NCBI RefSeq assembly: GCF_000007225.1
Contig: NC_003364.1
Location: forward strand, 1,770,001 to 1,802,000
Direction: 5' to 3'
DNA from: Pyrobaculum aerophilum str. IM2
GTDB taxonomy: Archaea > Thermoproteota > Thermoprotei > Thermoproteales > Thermoproteaceae
DNA: 32,000 nucleotides
Shown: in pieces, positions 1-11,512 of the stretch
How the letters are laid out: each line of letters begins with the position of its first letter
Position numbering within the stretch: the first letter of the stretch is position 1
Program-made: the position numbers and the translations under genes
The notes under the pieces: generated by a model
The model's database searches: none
Told to the model about the DNA's origin: nothing
Seen by the model: only the letters and a program-made list of their open reading frames with translations

Positions 1-952
1 TATTGTGGCGGCCCCCACCGAGACAGTCTACGGGCTTTTTACTCACGCCTATAGGGAAGACGGGTGCGTTAAAGTGTTTAAAGCAAAGGGGCGGCCTATG
101 GACAACCCGCTTATTGTACACGTCGACTCGGTGGAGATGGCCTCCGAGATCGCAGAAATACCAGAGGGGATAAGAGGCGTTTTAGCCCAGCTGTGGCCCG
201 GCCCGGTTACAATTGTGGTGAAATCCCGCGGCGTTGTGCCCAGATGCGTCACCGCAGGGCTTAATACAGTTGCCGTCAGAGCGCCGGCTCACCCAATTCC
301 GCTCGCAATTATAAAAGAGCTCAATGCGCCTATAGCGGGGCCCAGTGCGAATAAAGCCGGGAGGCCCAGCCCCACTACGGCGACACACATCCTTGAGGAC
401 TTGGGGGATGAGGTCGATCTCATAATCGACGGAGGGCCTACCTTCTTCGGCGTAGAGTCAACTATTATAGACGTCACGAGAAAGCCGCCAGCGTTACTGC
501 GCCCGGGGCCTTTCACTGTGGAGGAGCTGGAAAAGTTCTTCGGCGAGATTCAAATACCTCCGGTGGCCAGGGGGTTAGCAGAGGCAGAAGTCGCGCTGGC
601 GCCTGGCATGAAGTATAAACACTACGCCCCCGACACAATGCTTGTAATAGTCCATTTCGATTTGGCAGAGGCGGTTAAGGTCTTGAAGGCGAGGGGTTTG
701 AAAGTTGCTGTGTTATGCGCCGCTGGGAAGTGCGCAGACGCAGACGCGTCGCTCCACCTCGGCACTGATTTATACGAAGTCGCGAAAAATCTCTACAAAT
801 CGCTACGAGATTTAGACAAACTCTCTGTTAACATCGGCATTATCCCCGCCGTTGAGGAGAGGGGAATTGGGCTGGCGATTATGAACAGAATCCGCAAAGC
901 CGCTGCGCACAGAGAGGCTTTCAGCCCAGAGCAACTATTGAAATACATATGA
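1..952 (+). CDS. sua5: L-threonylcarbamoyladenylate synthase, Sua5/YrdC family (5' end cut by window edge)
   Basis: Frame is open to the window start. YrdC-domain motifs PTETVYGL, KGRPMDNPLIVHV and GPSANKAGRPSPT, plus Sua5 C-terminal-domain GMKYKHYAP. Stop overlaps the next start (ATGA at 949-952). Confidence 0.85.
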   Translation, partial: IVAAPTETVYGLFTHAYREDGCVKVFKAKGRPMDNPLIVHVDSVEMASEIAEIPEGIRGVLAQLWPGPVTIVVKSRGVVPRCVTAGLNTVAVRAPAHPIPLAIIKELNAPIAGPSANKAGRPSPTTATHILEDLGDEVDLIIDGGPTFFGVESTIIDVTRKPPALLRPGPFTVEELEKFFGEIQIPPVARGLAEAEVALAPGMKYKHYAPDTMLVIVHFDLAEAVKVLKARGLKVAVLCAAGKCADADASLHLGTDLYEVAKNLYKSLRDLDKLSVNIGIIPAVEERGIGLAIMNRIRKAAAHREAFSPEQLLKYI

Positions 953-1728
953 GCTGGATAAAGGAGTTCTTCGACGACGTCTATTTAGACTTTGTGATGC
1001 ACTATAAAGGCGAGGAGATATCGAGGGACGAGGCGTTATTTATACAACAGGCGTTGCAAATAGAGCCTGGGAAGAGAGTGCTAGACGTGGCGTGCGGCCA
1101 CGGGCGTCACATGCAGTTTCTCCCTAAGGACACCGCCGTGGGCGTTGACATAAACCTCAAGTATCTAACGCTGGCGAAGAAATACGGCGACGTAGTGCAA
1201 GCAGACATTAGGAGCTTGCCTTTTAGAAAGGGGGCTTTTCACGGCGCTTATATTATGCACTCGACCTTCGGCATGTTCGGAGATGAGGCCGACATGGAGA
1301 TTTTGACGTGGCTGTCAGGCGTTATTAAAAACGGCGGGCGCCTCTTAATAGACGTGACGAATAAGGACAAGGTGGAGAACATTTATGCCGCTCTTGGCGA
1401 CGTATGGAATTTCTGGATATCCGCAGGCCCCTACAGAGTTCTGAGCACAGCCTATTACAACCCCCTAACGTCAAAAATTAGAGAAACCAGGCTTATATAT
1501 AAGAGCGGCAAATTTGTGGGGGAGAGGACTCTTGAGCTACGGATTTACAGCTTAGGGGAATTGAAAATAATGCTCACAAGCCTGGGCTTTGCCGTAGAGA
1601 AAGTATTTGGAGACTTCAACGGGGAGTCTTACACGAAGAACTCAGATCGGCTAATAGTAGTGGCAGTGAAGTCAGGGGGCTTGCCGAGGGGTTTAAAACA
1701 GGCAGTGGAGTGGCTAAGTAACTATTAA
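949..1728 (+). CDS. class I SAM-dependent methyltransferase
   Basis: 259-aa ORF with SAM-binding motif I VLDVACGHGRH and the downstream acidic loop VGVDIN. Translationally coupled to sua5. Confidence 0.75.
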   Translation: MSWIKEFFDDVYLDFVMHYKGEEISRDEALFIQQALQIEPGKRVLDVACGHGRHMQFLPKDTAVGVDINLKYLTLAKKYGDVVQADIRSLPFRKGAFHGAYIMHSTFGMFGDEADMEILTWLSGVIKNGGRLLIDVTNKDKVENIYAALGDVWNFWISAGPYRVLSTAYYNPLTSKIRETRLIYKSGKFVGERTLELRIYSLGELKIMLTSLGFAVEKVFGDFNGESYTKNSDRLIVVAVKSGGLPRGLKQAVEWLSNY

Positions 1729-3612
<1,884 letters not shown>

Positions 3613-3671
3613 GTAATAGAGGATGAGTTAGTTTTAATCTTTATAGTTGCTTAAAAATACTAGTAATTAAC

Positions 3672-3863
3672 GTGTCGATACTCAAGAGAAAAAACGAGAA
3701 GAAAGAGGAGGACGAGCTGGAAAAAATTCTGTCGCAGATAAAAACCGAAGAGGAGGAGGAGGGCAATGCCGCCGTCGTCACAATACAGATAGCCGGGCTG
3801 AAGGAACTCGTTAAGGCAATTGAAAAGCTCACTGAAGCCCTCAAGAAGTGCGAAGAGTCATAA
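3672..3863 (+). CDS. small acidic coiled-coil protein, hypothetical
   Basis: 63-aa GTG-start ORF, strongly Glu/Lys-rich with heptad-like character. CTTAAAAATA box about 20 nt upstream. The antisense ORF 3641..3844 is Ser-rich noise. The 3' end overlaps the convergent arfB-like gene. Confidence 0.4.
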   Translation: MSILKRKNEKKEEDELEKILSQIKTEEEEEGNAAVVTIQIAGLKELVKAIEKLTEALKKCEES

Positions 3864-4470
3864 ATTTCTCAATTCGCTCGACAATTTTTTCCACAGCAAC
3901 TTCTACCATTTTTCTCCCGCGCTCGGGGGAGACCTCAGCCGGCTTCAGGCAGCCGACTATTCCAGTTTTTGAAAAGCGGGATACCCGGCTCTTTCCAAAC
4001 AGCGATATGTCCCCTTCACAAATTTCAACCATTTGGCCTGTCAGCGAGCCGCCGACAGCTAAATAAATGCTAGTCTCATCTGTGCCCGCGTGGTCTCTCG
4101 GCGATATTAACGCCCAGATATTTACGGGCAAGACGCTCGGCCCCAGTTCGTAATTTAACTGCTCAGAGACTAGTTTTACCGCGTCCCAGACGCCGCCGTG
4201 GCCGACGATTACAACAAGAGCCCCGCATTTTTCCACAGCAGATCTCACCACTTCTTCAAAATAGGGTATAAAGCTAGTGCAACGCACTGATATAGTATTT
4301 TGAAAATCTCTGTGCTCTTCACTGCACGTGTAAAAAATAGGCGGCAGTACCCTCGCCCCTATCCTCTCAGCTGTTTTATTAGCTATATAATATGCGATTT
4401 CTGCGTCTACTGTAGGCGGCAGGTGAGGGCCGTGTTGCTCGTAAGACCCCACGGGCAGTATGCACAACAC
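3841..4470 (-). CDS. arfB: creatininase-family amidohydrolase, probable ArfB-type formamide hydrolase of archaeal riboflavin/F420 synthesis
   Basis: LPVGSYEQHGPHLP and GHGG motifs of the creatininase fold. Divergently adjacent to a GTP cyclohydrolase III gene, which fits the archaeal ArfA/ArfB pathway. The functional assignment rests on context. Confidence 0.7.
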   Translation of the reverse strand: MLCILPVGSYEQHGPHLPPTVDAEIAYYIANKTAERIGARVLPPIFYTCSEEHRDFQNTISVRCTSFIPYFEEVVRSAVEKCGALVVIVGHGGVWDAVKLVSEQLNYELGPSVLPVNIWALISPRDHAGTDETSIYLAVGGSLTGQMVEICEGDISLFGKSRVSRFSKTGIVGCLKPAEVSPERGRKMVEVAVEKIVERIEKFMTLRTS

Positions 4471-4556
4471 GGCTAAATCCCAGCTCTGCTTTATATCTTA
4501 AAGTCAACTGATGTTTACAACGCCCAAATTTATATACACACTGTTGTTGACTGCCG
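4471..4556. promoter_or_regulatory. divergent promoter region with two TATA boxes (arfB-like leftward, arfA rightward)
   Basis: TTTATATA at 4529-4536 lies 28 nt upstream of the GTG at 4557. On the minus strand, ATATAAAG (plus 4490-4498) lies about 27 nt upstream of the GTG at 4470. Confidence 0.55.
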
Positions 4557-5222
4557 GTGCACAAAATAACACTGATACGCTTGAGGGGATACCGAGAGTG
4601 GACCGAGTCTTTGGGCCCAAGGCGGGAGCACATAATTCAAACTGTGCAGGCGAAGATTCACTCAGCGCTGTGGAAATATTTCACCTCTATCGGCGCATTG
4701 CCCCACCACCTCAGATACGACTTCTCCCTGGCCTTGACTACAAATATAGAAACGGGCCGGGTAGGGGAGGTCGTGGCAAAAATCAAGCGAATTTCCCCAG
4801 TGGACGTGGAATTCTGCGAAGGAGTGGGCAGAACTCCTAGAGAGGCATATGAGAATTGCGGCGCGACGCCCGGAGAAAGTGCGGGCGTCTCAGTAGTGGC
4901 ACACATGGACGTAGTGGACAGCACCGCCGCAACTAATAAAAACGGTCCGCTGTATGTCTACCGCTTAATACAGCGGACAATAAGCACTATAGACAGCGGC
5001 TGCGAAAACTTGGGCTGCCTCGCCTTTTACCTCGGCGGGGATAACATCATGCTCTTACTGCCAAATGTGGACGCAATTTACCAAGTCTTGAGGGATGTGG
5101 AATTATCAGTAAGAGTTGGCGTCGGCGTTGCGAAAAAGCCATACAACGCCTTTGTTAAAGCGACAAGGGGATTAGACTACATGCGTGTTAAGGGGAGAGT
5201 CGGCGTTAAAGTCGTCAAATGA
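4557..5222 (+). CDS. arfA: GTP cyclohydrolase III (ArfA)
   Basis: The N-terminus MHKITLIRLRGYREWTESLGPRREHIIQ follows the archaeal GTP cyclohydrolase III pattern (I-T-hydrophobic-I-Q-I-D-N-Y-G-P-W-T...P-R-R-E). GGDN motif in YLGGDNIM. Sits in a riboflavin gene context. Confidence 0.8.
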   Translation: MHKITLIRLRGYREWTESLGPRREHIIQTVQAKIHSALWKYFTSIGALPHHLRYDFSLALTTNIETGRVGEVVAKIKRISPVDVEFCEGVGRTPREAYENCGATPGESAGVSVVAHMDVVDSTAATNKNGPLYVYRLIQRTISTIDSGCENLGCLAFYLGGDNIMLLLPNVDAIYQVLRDVELSVRVGVGVAKKPYNAFVKATRGLDYMRVKGRVGVKVVK

Positions 5223-5902
5223 GGCCGTACGTCTACTTAATGGCGGCCGTAACTATTGACGGGCGAATAGCGAGTAAAAGCGGCTACTCCCGCCTTTCTT
5301 GTCCACACGATTTAAAAAGACTACACGCCTTAAGAGCCGAGGTGGACGCAGTAATTGTGGGGGCGAATACGGCTATTATTGACAACCCCCGCCTAACTGT
5401 GAGATACGCCGCGGGCAGAAACCCAACCCGCGTGTTAATAGACGGGGCGCTCCGGGCGCCTACTACGCTGAGGATATTCGACAAAACTGCTCCCACAATT
5501 GTCTATACGACGAATTTAGCCCCGGCGGAGAAGATAAACGAATTGAGGCGGCTGGGCATCGAGGTGGTGGTGTTCCCCAGCCACCGCGTTGATCCCGCAA
5601 GCGTGTTAAGCGACTTATATAACAGAGGGGTGAGAAAAGTACTGATAGAGGGGGGCGGGAGGACGAATTGGGAGTTTATAAGCAAGTGTCTAGTGGACGA
5701 GGTTATTGTAACTGTCACGCCCTATGTTTTCGGCAGTGGGGTGTCACTAGTAGAAGGGGAGGGCTTTAAAGACATAGAGGAAATGCCATTTAACTTAAAG
5801 CTTCTGGGCGTAAAGCTCTGCGAATGCGGCAAAGAAGTGGTGGTAAAATACGCCGTTGAGTGTAAAAAAGTTGACACAAAGTATAATAGGTTAGAAAATT
5901 AA
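5219..5902 (+). CDS. ribD: 2,5-diamino-6-ribosylamino-4(3H)-pyrimidinone 5'-phosphate reductase (RibD C-terminal-domain type)
   Basis: MRPYVYLMAAVTIDGRIASKSG, VGANT...DNPRLTVR and EGGG motifs of the RibD/DHFR-like reductase domain. ATGA overlap with arfA. Confidence 0.85.
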   Translation: MRPYVYLMAAVTIDGRIASKSGYSRLSCPHDLKRLHALRAEVDAVIVGANTAIIDNPRLTVRYAAGRNPTRVLIDGALRAPTTLRIFDKTAPTIVYTTNLAPAEKINELRRLGIEVVVFPSHRVDPASVLSDLYNRGVRKVLIEGGGRTNWEFISKCLVDEVIVTVTPYVFGSGVSLVEGEGFKDIEEMPFNLKLLGVKLCECGKEVVVKYAVECKKVDTKYNRLEN

Positions 5903-5909
5903 GTTTACC

Positions 5910-6551
5910 ATGGGCATTGAAGACGCCATTGCCGCTTTTAAGGCGGGCAGACTCGTCATGATCTACGACGGCGATGACCGCGAGGCGGAAGTGGATTTCG
6001 TCATTAGGGCCGACGCAGTTACTCCTACCACTATCCGCTGGCTGAGACAAAACGCGGGGGGGCTGTTATGTTTTGTCACGACGCGGGAAGTGGGCGAAAT
6101 ACTCGGCTTAGAGTTTTTGAGTAGTTACTACAAAAGGAGGGGATTTCTCGCCACGGCTCCCTACGGAGACGAGCCGGCCTTCATGGGGTATGTAAACCAC
6201 GTCAAAACTAAGACCGGGATTAGAGACGTGGATAAGGCCTTAACTATTAGGGAGCTGGCAAAAGTCGTGCAATTAGCACAAAGAGATCCCGAGGAGGCAA
6301 GGGAGGCGTTTAAAGCTAATTTTTACATGCCTGGACACGTACCTATATTGGGCGGGCGGCTGGGAGAGCGGTGGGGGCACACAGAGCTGTCACTTATTTT
6401 AGCGAAGGCGGCAGGCGTGCCCCCAGCGGTTGTAATAGTGGAGGTCCTTGGCGACCACACTGAGGCAATGCCGGTAGAGGAGGCCAGGGAGTACTCAAAG
6501 ACCTTGGGCGTCCCCTTAGTCACTGGGACGGAGATTAAATCCTTAATCTAA
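5910..6551 (+). CDS. ribB: 3,4-dihydroxy-2-butanone-4-phosphate synthase
   Basis: [15 protein letters not shown], and GHTE with the following segment typical of RibB. 213 aa. Confidence 0.9.
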
Positions 6552-6948
6552 TTCTTATCTTCGCCTTCTTCACGTCCTCAAGAAACTGTAGTACATACGG
6601 TGCCAAACGCTCTATTTCCTTTTTCGAGACAGTATGCCATGTGGGACAGGTTCTGTCCGCCTCGATTTTCTCGCCGTCGTAAATCAACGGATAGAGGCGA
6701 CAGCCTATAGGCCTTATGTTATAAATCTTACACTTCCTTGTCGATGCGTCGTAAAAAACGCAGTGCCCGTCCACGTTTTTAAGGCGGTATATGCCGTCTC
6801 TCTCCACTGCAAACTCCTCTAGTTTATAACCTGCTGAAGTTATCCTCTCTATGTCCTCAGCCAATAACTCCATCTCTGTGTTAAGGCAACATATGCCGCA
6901 TTCAATACACTTAAACTTCACCTCATACCACTTGGGATCTTGCCACAC
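6535..6948 (-). CDS. YkgJ-family (CxxCxxCC) cysteine-cluster protein
   Basis: N-terminal CIECGICC, followed by GHCVFYD...[17 protein letters not shown], the characteristic second Cys block of the family. Confidence 0.75.
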
Positions 6949-7000
6949 GCAACCTTAGCGGCTAATAGTAAAATATTTTATGGCATAACTGTAACACTGT

Positions 7001-8077
7001 GTGTACGATGTGGTAATAGTGGGGGCAGGCCCCGCCGGGTCTACAGCCGCATTAATAGCGACGAGGTTGGGGCTGAGAACAGTTGTAATAGACAGGCTGG
7101 CCCCGCCCCGGGAGAAGCCTTGCGGCGGCGGGCTGACGCCCCGTAGTTGGAAGCTCCTCAACGCCCTGGGAATTGACTACCCGGTGTACGGAGCTTGTAA
7201 TGAAATAGAGACGCGGGCTGCCGGGTATAAAATTGCGTTGAAAAAAGAGCCCATACTTGTCACAAGGCGGCCGGATTTTGACTACGCCATACTTAAACAG
7301 AGCAATGCCGAGTTTATAAGAGACCAAGTACTTGGAGTCAGAGGAAACACAGTAGTGGGAAGGAACGGGGAGTATTCGGGGAGAGTTATAATAGGCGCAG
7401 ACGGCGCCACTAGCACTGTGGCGAGATCAATAGGCATAAATAACTTCCGAGGCGAAAGGAGTCACGCCATTGCGTACATGACAATAGCAAAAGGCCCCCC
7501 CTCTGATAAGTGCGTAATTGATTTCGACGCAGTAATTAACGCCGTCAAGCGCGTGGGCTACGCGTGGATATTCCCAGTGGGAGAGGGGGCCAATATCGGC
7601 GCAGGCGTAGGCTGGGGGAAGTGGATAGATCTCAGGGAATTTGTGTCGGAATATGCAGAGCGAGCTGGGTATAAGCCCGGGGCGGTGCTGGGACATCCCC
7701 TATCGCTTGGGCACGTGAGGGGCCTCGGGCGCGGTAATGTTATACTGGCTGGAGAAGCCGCAGGCCTTGTTGATGCCACGACTGGCGAGGGGATATACTA
7801 CGCGGTGGCCAGCGGGGTTGCGGCGGCAGTAGCTACATATACAGCTTTAAAAATATGGAGGAGGGAGAAATACGCCGTAGATATATATAGAGAGTTAGTG
7901 CGGCCGTATGTTGAAGAGGTTAAAAAAACCAGGGCCCTGTCGCGCATAGCAAAGGCCATTGGGACGAGGAAGCCCGTAGTTAAGCTATTAGGCAAGCGGC
8001 TGGTAGAGCTCTATTCAAAGGTTTACACCGGCGAGGCGACGTACAGCCTACTGCTAAAGCCGGTGGAAAAACTATAA
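7001..8077 (+). CDS. geranylgeranyl reductase-family FAD-dependent oxidoreductase
   Basis: GTG start followed by YDVVIVGAGPAGSTAA (Rossmann GxGxxG), then PCGGGL and GDAAG-like GEAAGLVD motifs. AAATATTTTA at 6971-6980 lies upstream. Confidence 0.78.
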   Translation: MYDVVIVGAGPAGSTAALIATRLGLRTVVIDRLAPPREKPCGGGLTPRSWKLLNALGIDYPVYGACNEIETRAAGYKIALKKEPILVTRRPDFDYAILKQSNAEFIRDQVLGVRGNTVVGRNGEYSGRVIIGADGATSTVARSIGINNFRGERSHAIAYMTIAKGPPSDKCVIDFDAVINAVKRVGYAWIFPVGEGANIGAGVGWGKWIDLREFVSEYAERAGYKPGAVLGHPLSLGHVRGLGRGNVILAGEAAGLVDATTGEGIYYAVASGVAAAVATYTALKIWRREKYAVDIYRELVRPYVEEVKKTRALSRIAKAIGTRKPVVKLLGKRLVELYSKVYTGEATYSLLLKPVEKL

Positions 8078-9232
8078 CTCAACCTCTGCGAGCTGGTTTA
8101 ACACGTATTTCCTTATTTCACTCTCTGAGGGAAGATCCCTAACAACGCGGCCGTCTTTTATCCACTCAGCCAGCAACGGATCTCCACAAGGCGGCGGATC
8201 GCCCCAGCGCGTTATCACGTGCCTGGCGCCGCATTTATACACCTGTTTAAACCCTGGCAGTTTCCCCCGCTTTGTTATAGGCACCCACTGGCCGTTGACC
8301 TCTACCTCTACTATGTCCATCGCGACGTCAATAGAAGGCGGAAATGAAATCGCAGTCCCAACTCCAAAGCCGTCGGCCACGTCTTTCAACACTTCTAGCT
8401 GGGGCTCGTCCAGCCCCCCGCTCACAAAAATCTTGACGTTTTTATAGCCGTGTAAATCGAGAGACCACCTCACCTCCTCAACTATCCTCCTCATATTGCC
8501 GCGCCTGCTCCCCGGCGTGTCGAGCCTCACTCCGTAGAGTCTATCGCCCAGTATTTTCGCGGCTAGGAGGGCCTCCTCCCTCTCGTCGAGAAAAGTATCT
8601 GCCAGTATTATCCGCGGCACGTCAGACGGCATAGTTTTGTCAAACCACACCCAAGCCGCGGTGTGATCCCCCACGGCCGCCTTGAATATTATCATTAAGG
8701 CGTGGGGCATTGTGCCCGAGGGCTTAATGCCCATGAGCTCCGCCCCCATTACAGTGGCCACCCCGTCACAACCCCCTATATAAGCCGCGCGGTCGGCCAT
8801 GGGCTGAATCGCCGGGTGCAACGCCCTAGCCCCGAAGTAGAGACATGCCTTGTCCCCGAGGATTTTTTTCACTCTAGCAGCCTTTGTGGAAATACTACTG
8901 TAATGCCGGATTATCCCGAGAATAGCCGTTTCAAGCACTGCGAACTCTAAGTATGGGCCCTCAATAACCATTATGGGATCATTTTCGTAAAACAGAGTCC
9001 CCTCAGGCATGGCGTATAACGTCACCCTCTTTCCCCTTAACACCTCAACTACCTCCTTTAAGCCAGTGAAAACAGCCCATTTATACCCCTTGGGGAGAGA
9101 AGAGACGTGAAACTCGGCGCGGACGCGCACGTCTCCAAGACCCGCTTTTTTCAACACCTCCACAGTCCTCGTGAAATAAACGTCAGTGGTACGACCGGAG
9201 AGAATTTCAGAGGGAGTCGCCACGTGAAGCAT
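8072..9232 (-). CDS. pncB: nicotinate phosphoribosyltransferase (archaeal type)
   Basis: 386 aa. N-terminal TDVYFTRT, a central SGTMPHA-type motif (PSGTMPHALMI) and RLDTPG. Confidence 0.85.
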   Translation of the reverse strand: MLHVATPSEILSGRTTDVYFTRTVEVLKKAGLGDVRVRAEFHVSSLPKGYKWAVFTGLKEVVEVLRGKRVTLYAMPEGTLFYENDPIMVIEGPYLEFAVLETAILGIIRHYSSISTKAARVKKILGDKACLYFGARALHPAIQPMADRAAYIGGCDGVATVMGAELMGIKPSGTMPHALMIIFKAAVGDHTAAWVWFDKTMPSDVPRIILADTFLDEREEALLAAKILGDRLYGVRLDTPGSRRGNMRRIVEEVRWSLDLHGYKNVKIFVSGGLDEPQLEVLKDVADGFGVGTAISFPPSIDVAMDIVEVEVNGQWVPITKRGKLPGFKQVYKCGARHVITRWGDPPPCGDPLLAEWIKDGRVVRDLPSESEIRKYVLNQLAEVEL

Positions 9233-9236
9233 TAGA

Positions 9237-11006
9237 TTGAATTTATACCGGTTTTTAAAAAATGTGGAGTTATTCCCCTATGCGGAATACCGGCCGTTTC
9301 AGCGGAAGATTTATCAGAAGGTAGTCGAGGCTCTTAAACGGGGGAGGACGGCATTGATAAACGCCCCCACTGGCATTGGGAAAACTTCTGCGGTGTTGGC
9401 CGCCGCTGTTGAATTCATGTTAGAAACTAGAATACCTGTACATTACGCTGTTAGGACGCGGGCTGAGCTCGAGGCGCCGGTTAGAGAACTTGCGAGAATA
9501 ATTAGCCTGGGAGTAGATATTGATCACGTCGTTATAAAAAGCAGACAAGACATGTGTTGTTATTCTGAACTTAAAAAACTTGGGTATCTGGAGTTCCTCG
9601 CCGAGTGTAACCTCTTAAAACGCCTTGGGAAATGTGCTTATTACCCTCCGAGGGATGTGGAAGCCCCTTTGAAAAACGTCAGTACATATGTCAAGTTTTT
9701 ATGCGCCGCGAAGAGCTGTCCCTACGAGTATGCCCGTAAGAAGTTAGAAAACGCAGAGGTGACCATTTCAACTTATTACTATGTCTTTGGCAGAGACGGA
9801 GGAGGCGTTAAGAACAAAGTCGTAATTATAGACGAGGCGCACTCGGTGTTTGACGCCGTAATTCACTTAAATAGTATTAAAATAAGCGAGAGGGAGTTGA
9901 GACAGGCCTATAGAGAGGCCCGTAAATACGGCTTTGTAGAGGAGGCGGCGGGAGTTTACCGCCTTTATACATTTGTAAAAAAAGTCTCTGGGCATGTGGA
10001 TTTGGGAGATGTCATAAGCCTATTGGCGGATTTAGACGTAGACAACGCCGTGAGGGAGATTACTAAAATTAAGTCTATGAACAGGCTAAACCCCTTCACC
10101 CCTCTCGTTTTGATTAGCGAGCTCAAGGAGGCGCTTAAGGGGGGGCTCCGTTACTATGCACAAATAGAAGAAGCTGAGGGCTTGAAGGCCCTGGCATTAT
10201 ACCCCGTAGACCCGGCGGCTGTGGTGAAAGAGGCGCTACGCGGCGCATATAGCGTAGTTTATATAAGCGGGACTCTCCCAGTTAGGCTGTTCGCCGACAA
10301 TTTGGGACTGGCGGAATACGACGAGCTTGACGTCCCGTTCAACGCCTATATACCGCGGGCCAACTACCTTACCATTATAGACGTGGGAGTTACTACTAAA
10401 TACTCCGAGCGTACAGAGGAGATGTACTACCAAATAGCTCATAGATTGGCAGTATGTATTAACGCGTCGCCGAGGGGCGTTTTGGCCGTATTCCCCTCAT
10501 ACGACGTCATGAAGGGGGTGAGGAAGTACTTGAAGGTGACAATTCCGCATTGGTATGAAGACAGAAATGAAGTGGAGTGGGAGGGCCTGCCCGAGAAGTT
10601 TTTCCTAGGCGGAGTGGCCCGTGGAAGGTACGCAGAGGGGGTTGAGTACACAAAAAACGGGGTGAATCTGCTGTCCACTGTGGTAATCGTGGGAGTCCCC
10701 TATCCAGAGCCGTCTCCGTATTTAGACAGGAGGGTAGCCATGTTGAAGCCGCGGCTGGGGGAGAGGGCTTGGAGCGCTGTGTATTTATACCAAGCGATGG
10801 TAAGCGTTAGGCAGGCCGTTGGCCGTCTTTTCAGAAAGCCGGAGGATAGGGGGGTGATAGTCCTCTTAGACAGGCGCTATGCCGAGCCCGAGTTATGGAA
10901 CAGCCTATCCGATCTAGTAGAAGGCGCCCTGGTGGTCAACCACGTGGAAGAGGCCGTGGAGGACGTGGAGAGGTTTTTTAACGCCTGGTCAAAAGACGCC
11001 AAATAG
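9237..11006 (+). CDS. xpd: XPD/Rad3-family ATP-dependent DNA helicase
   Basis: TTG start. Walker A NAPTGIGKTS and DEAH-box IIDEAHS. A four-Cys cluster region (CCY...C...C...C) between motifs I and II matches the XPD FeS domain. C-terminal motif VI-like QAVGRLFR. Confidence 0.85.
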   Translation: MNLYRFLKNVELFPYAEYRPFQRKIYQKVVEALKRGRTALINAPTGIGKTSAVLAAAVEFMLETRIPVHYAVRTRAELEAPVRELARIISLGVDIDHVVIKSRQDMCCYSELKKLGYLEFLAECNLLKRLGKCAYYPPRDVEAPLKNVSTYVKFLCAAKSCPYEYARKKLENAEVTISTYYYVFGRDGGGVKNKVVIIDEAHSVFDAVIHLNSIKISERELRQAYREARKYGFVEEAAGVYRLYTFVKKVSGHVDLGDVISLLADLDVDNAVREITKIKSMNRLNPFTPLVLISELKEALKGGLRYYAQIEEAEGLKALALYPVDPAAVVKEALRGAYSVVYISGTLPVRLFADNLGLAEYDELDVPFNAYIPRANYLTIIDVGVTTKYSERTEEMYYQIAHRLAVCINASPRGVLAVFPSYDVMKGVRKYLKVTIPHWYEDRNEVEWEGLPEKFFLGGVARGRYAEGVEYTKNGVNLLSTVVIVGVPYPEPSPYLDRRVAMLKPRLGERAWSAVYLYQAMVSVRQAVGRLFRKPEDRGVIVLLDRRYAEPELWNSLSDLVEGALVVNHVEEAVEDVERFFNAWSKDAK

Positions 11007-11463
11007 CCATGGCGACTACAATCAACGCAGCGTTTGTGCCCGCTATCGCCACGGCGAGAAGCGGTATGCTCAACGCCTCGTTAAAAACAGAAAACATAGC
11101 TGTTATAATGCCCATTAACGCCGCTATTAACGCCACCACAACGCCGACTAGGGGCAAGGAGTGCGCCTTTTCCATACCTGCCGCCCTCGCGGGCCTCCTC
11201 GCTATTTGCGCCTCTTGTTGCGGCTGCTGGGGAGGAGGTTGCTGAGGCATAAGGGGTGGGGGAGGCGGAGGCGGCATTGTCCTCTGAGTCCTCACAACAG
11301 TAGGCGGGGGAATGGGATACGGAGCCGGGGGCGGAGGCGGGGGAGGCTGTTGATATTGTATTGGCGGAGGTTGCGGCAAGGGCTGTGCTGGCGGCTGACG
11401 CGGAGGCGGCCTCCTAAGCGGCTTCTCCTGGTCTTTATCGTCTACTGACATAAGCCCACCCAC
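10978..11463 (-). CDS. proline-rich membrane protein, hypothetical
   Basis: N-terminal two-thirds are poly-Pro/Gln low complexity. The C-terminus has two hydrophobic helices (LPLVGVVVALIAALMGIITAMF, IPLLAVAIAGTNAALIVVAMAIW). TTTATATAA lies about 26 nt upstream of an internal ATG at 11451, which is the more likely start. Confidence 0.5.
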   Translation of the reverse strand: MGGLMSVDDKDQEKPLRRPPPRQPPAQPLPQPPPIQYQQPPPPPPPAPYPIPPPTVVRTQRTMPPPPPPPLMPQQPPPQQPQQEAQIARRPARAAGMEKAHSLPLVGVVVALIAALMGIITAMFSVFNEALSIPLLAVAIAGTNAALIVVAMAIWRLLTRR

Positions 11464-11512
11464 ATCCTATTATATAAAGGTTTCCCGCGATTATCTTATA
11501 AACCTAAGTGAG

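Noticed and set aside
3641-3844. 67-aa minus-strand ORF
   Set aside because: It is a Ser-rich antisense frame of the acidic coiled-coil ORF 3672..3863. The plus-strand reading is more protein-like.
11009-11448. Plus-strand ORFs 11009..11245 and 11161..11448
   Set aside because: They are antisense mirror frames of the proline-rich gene and give Arg/Gly/Cys-rich junk.
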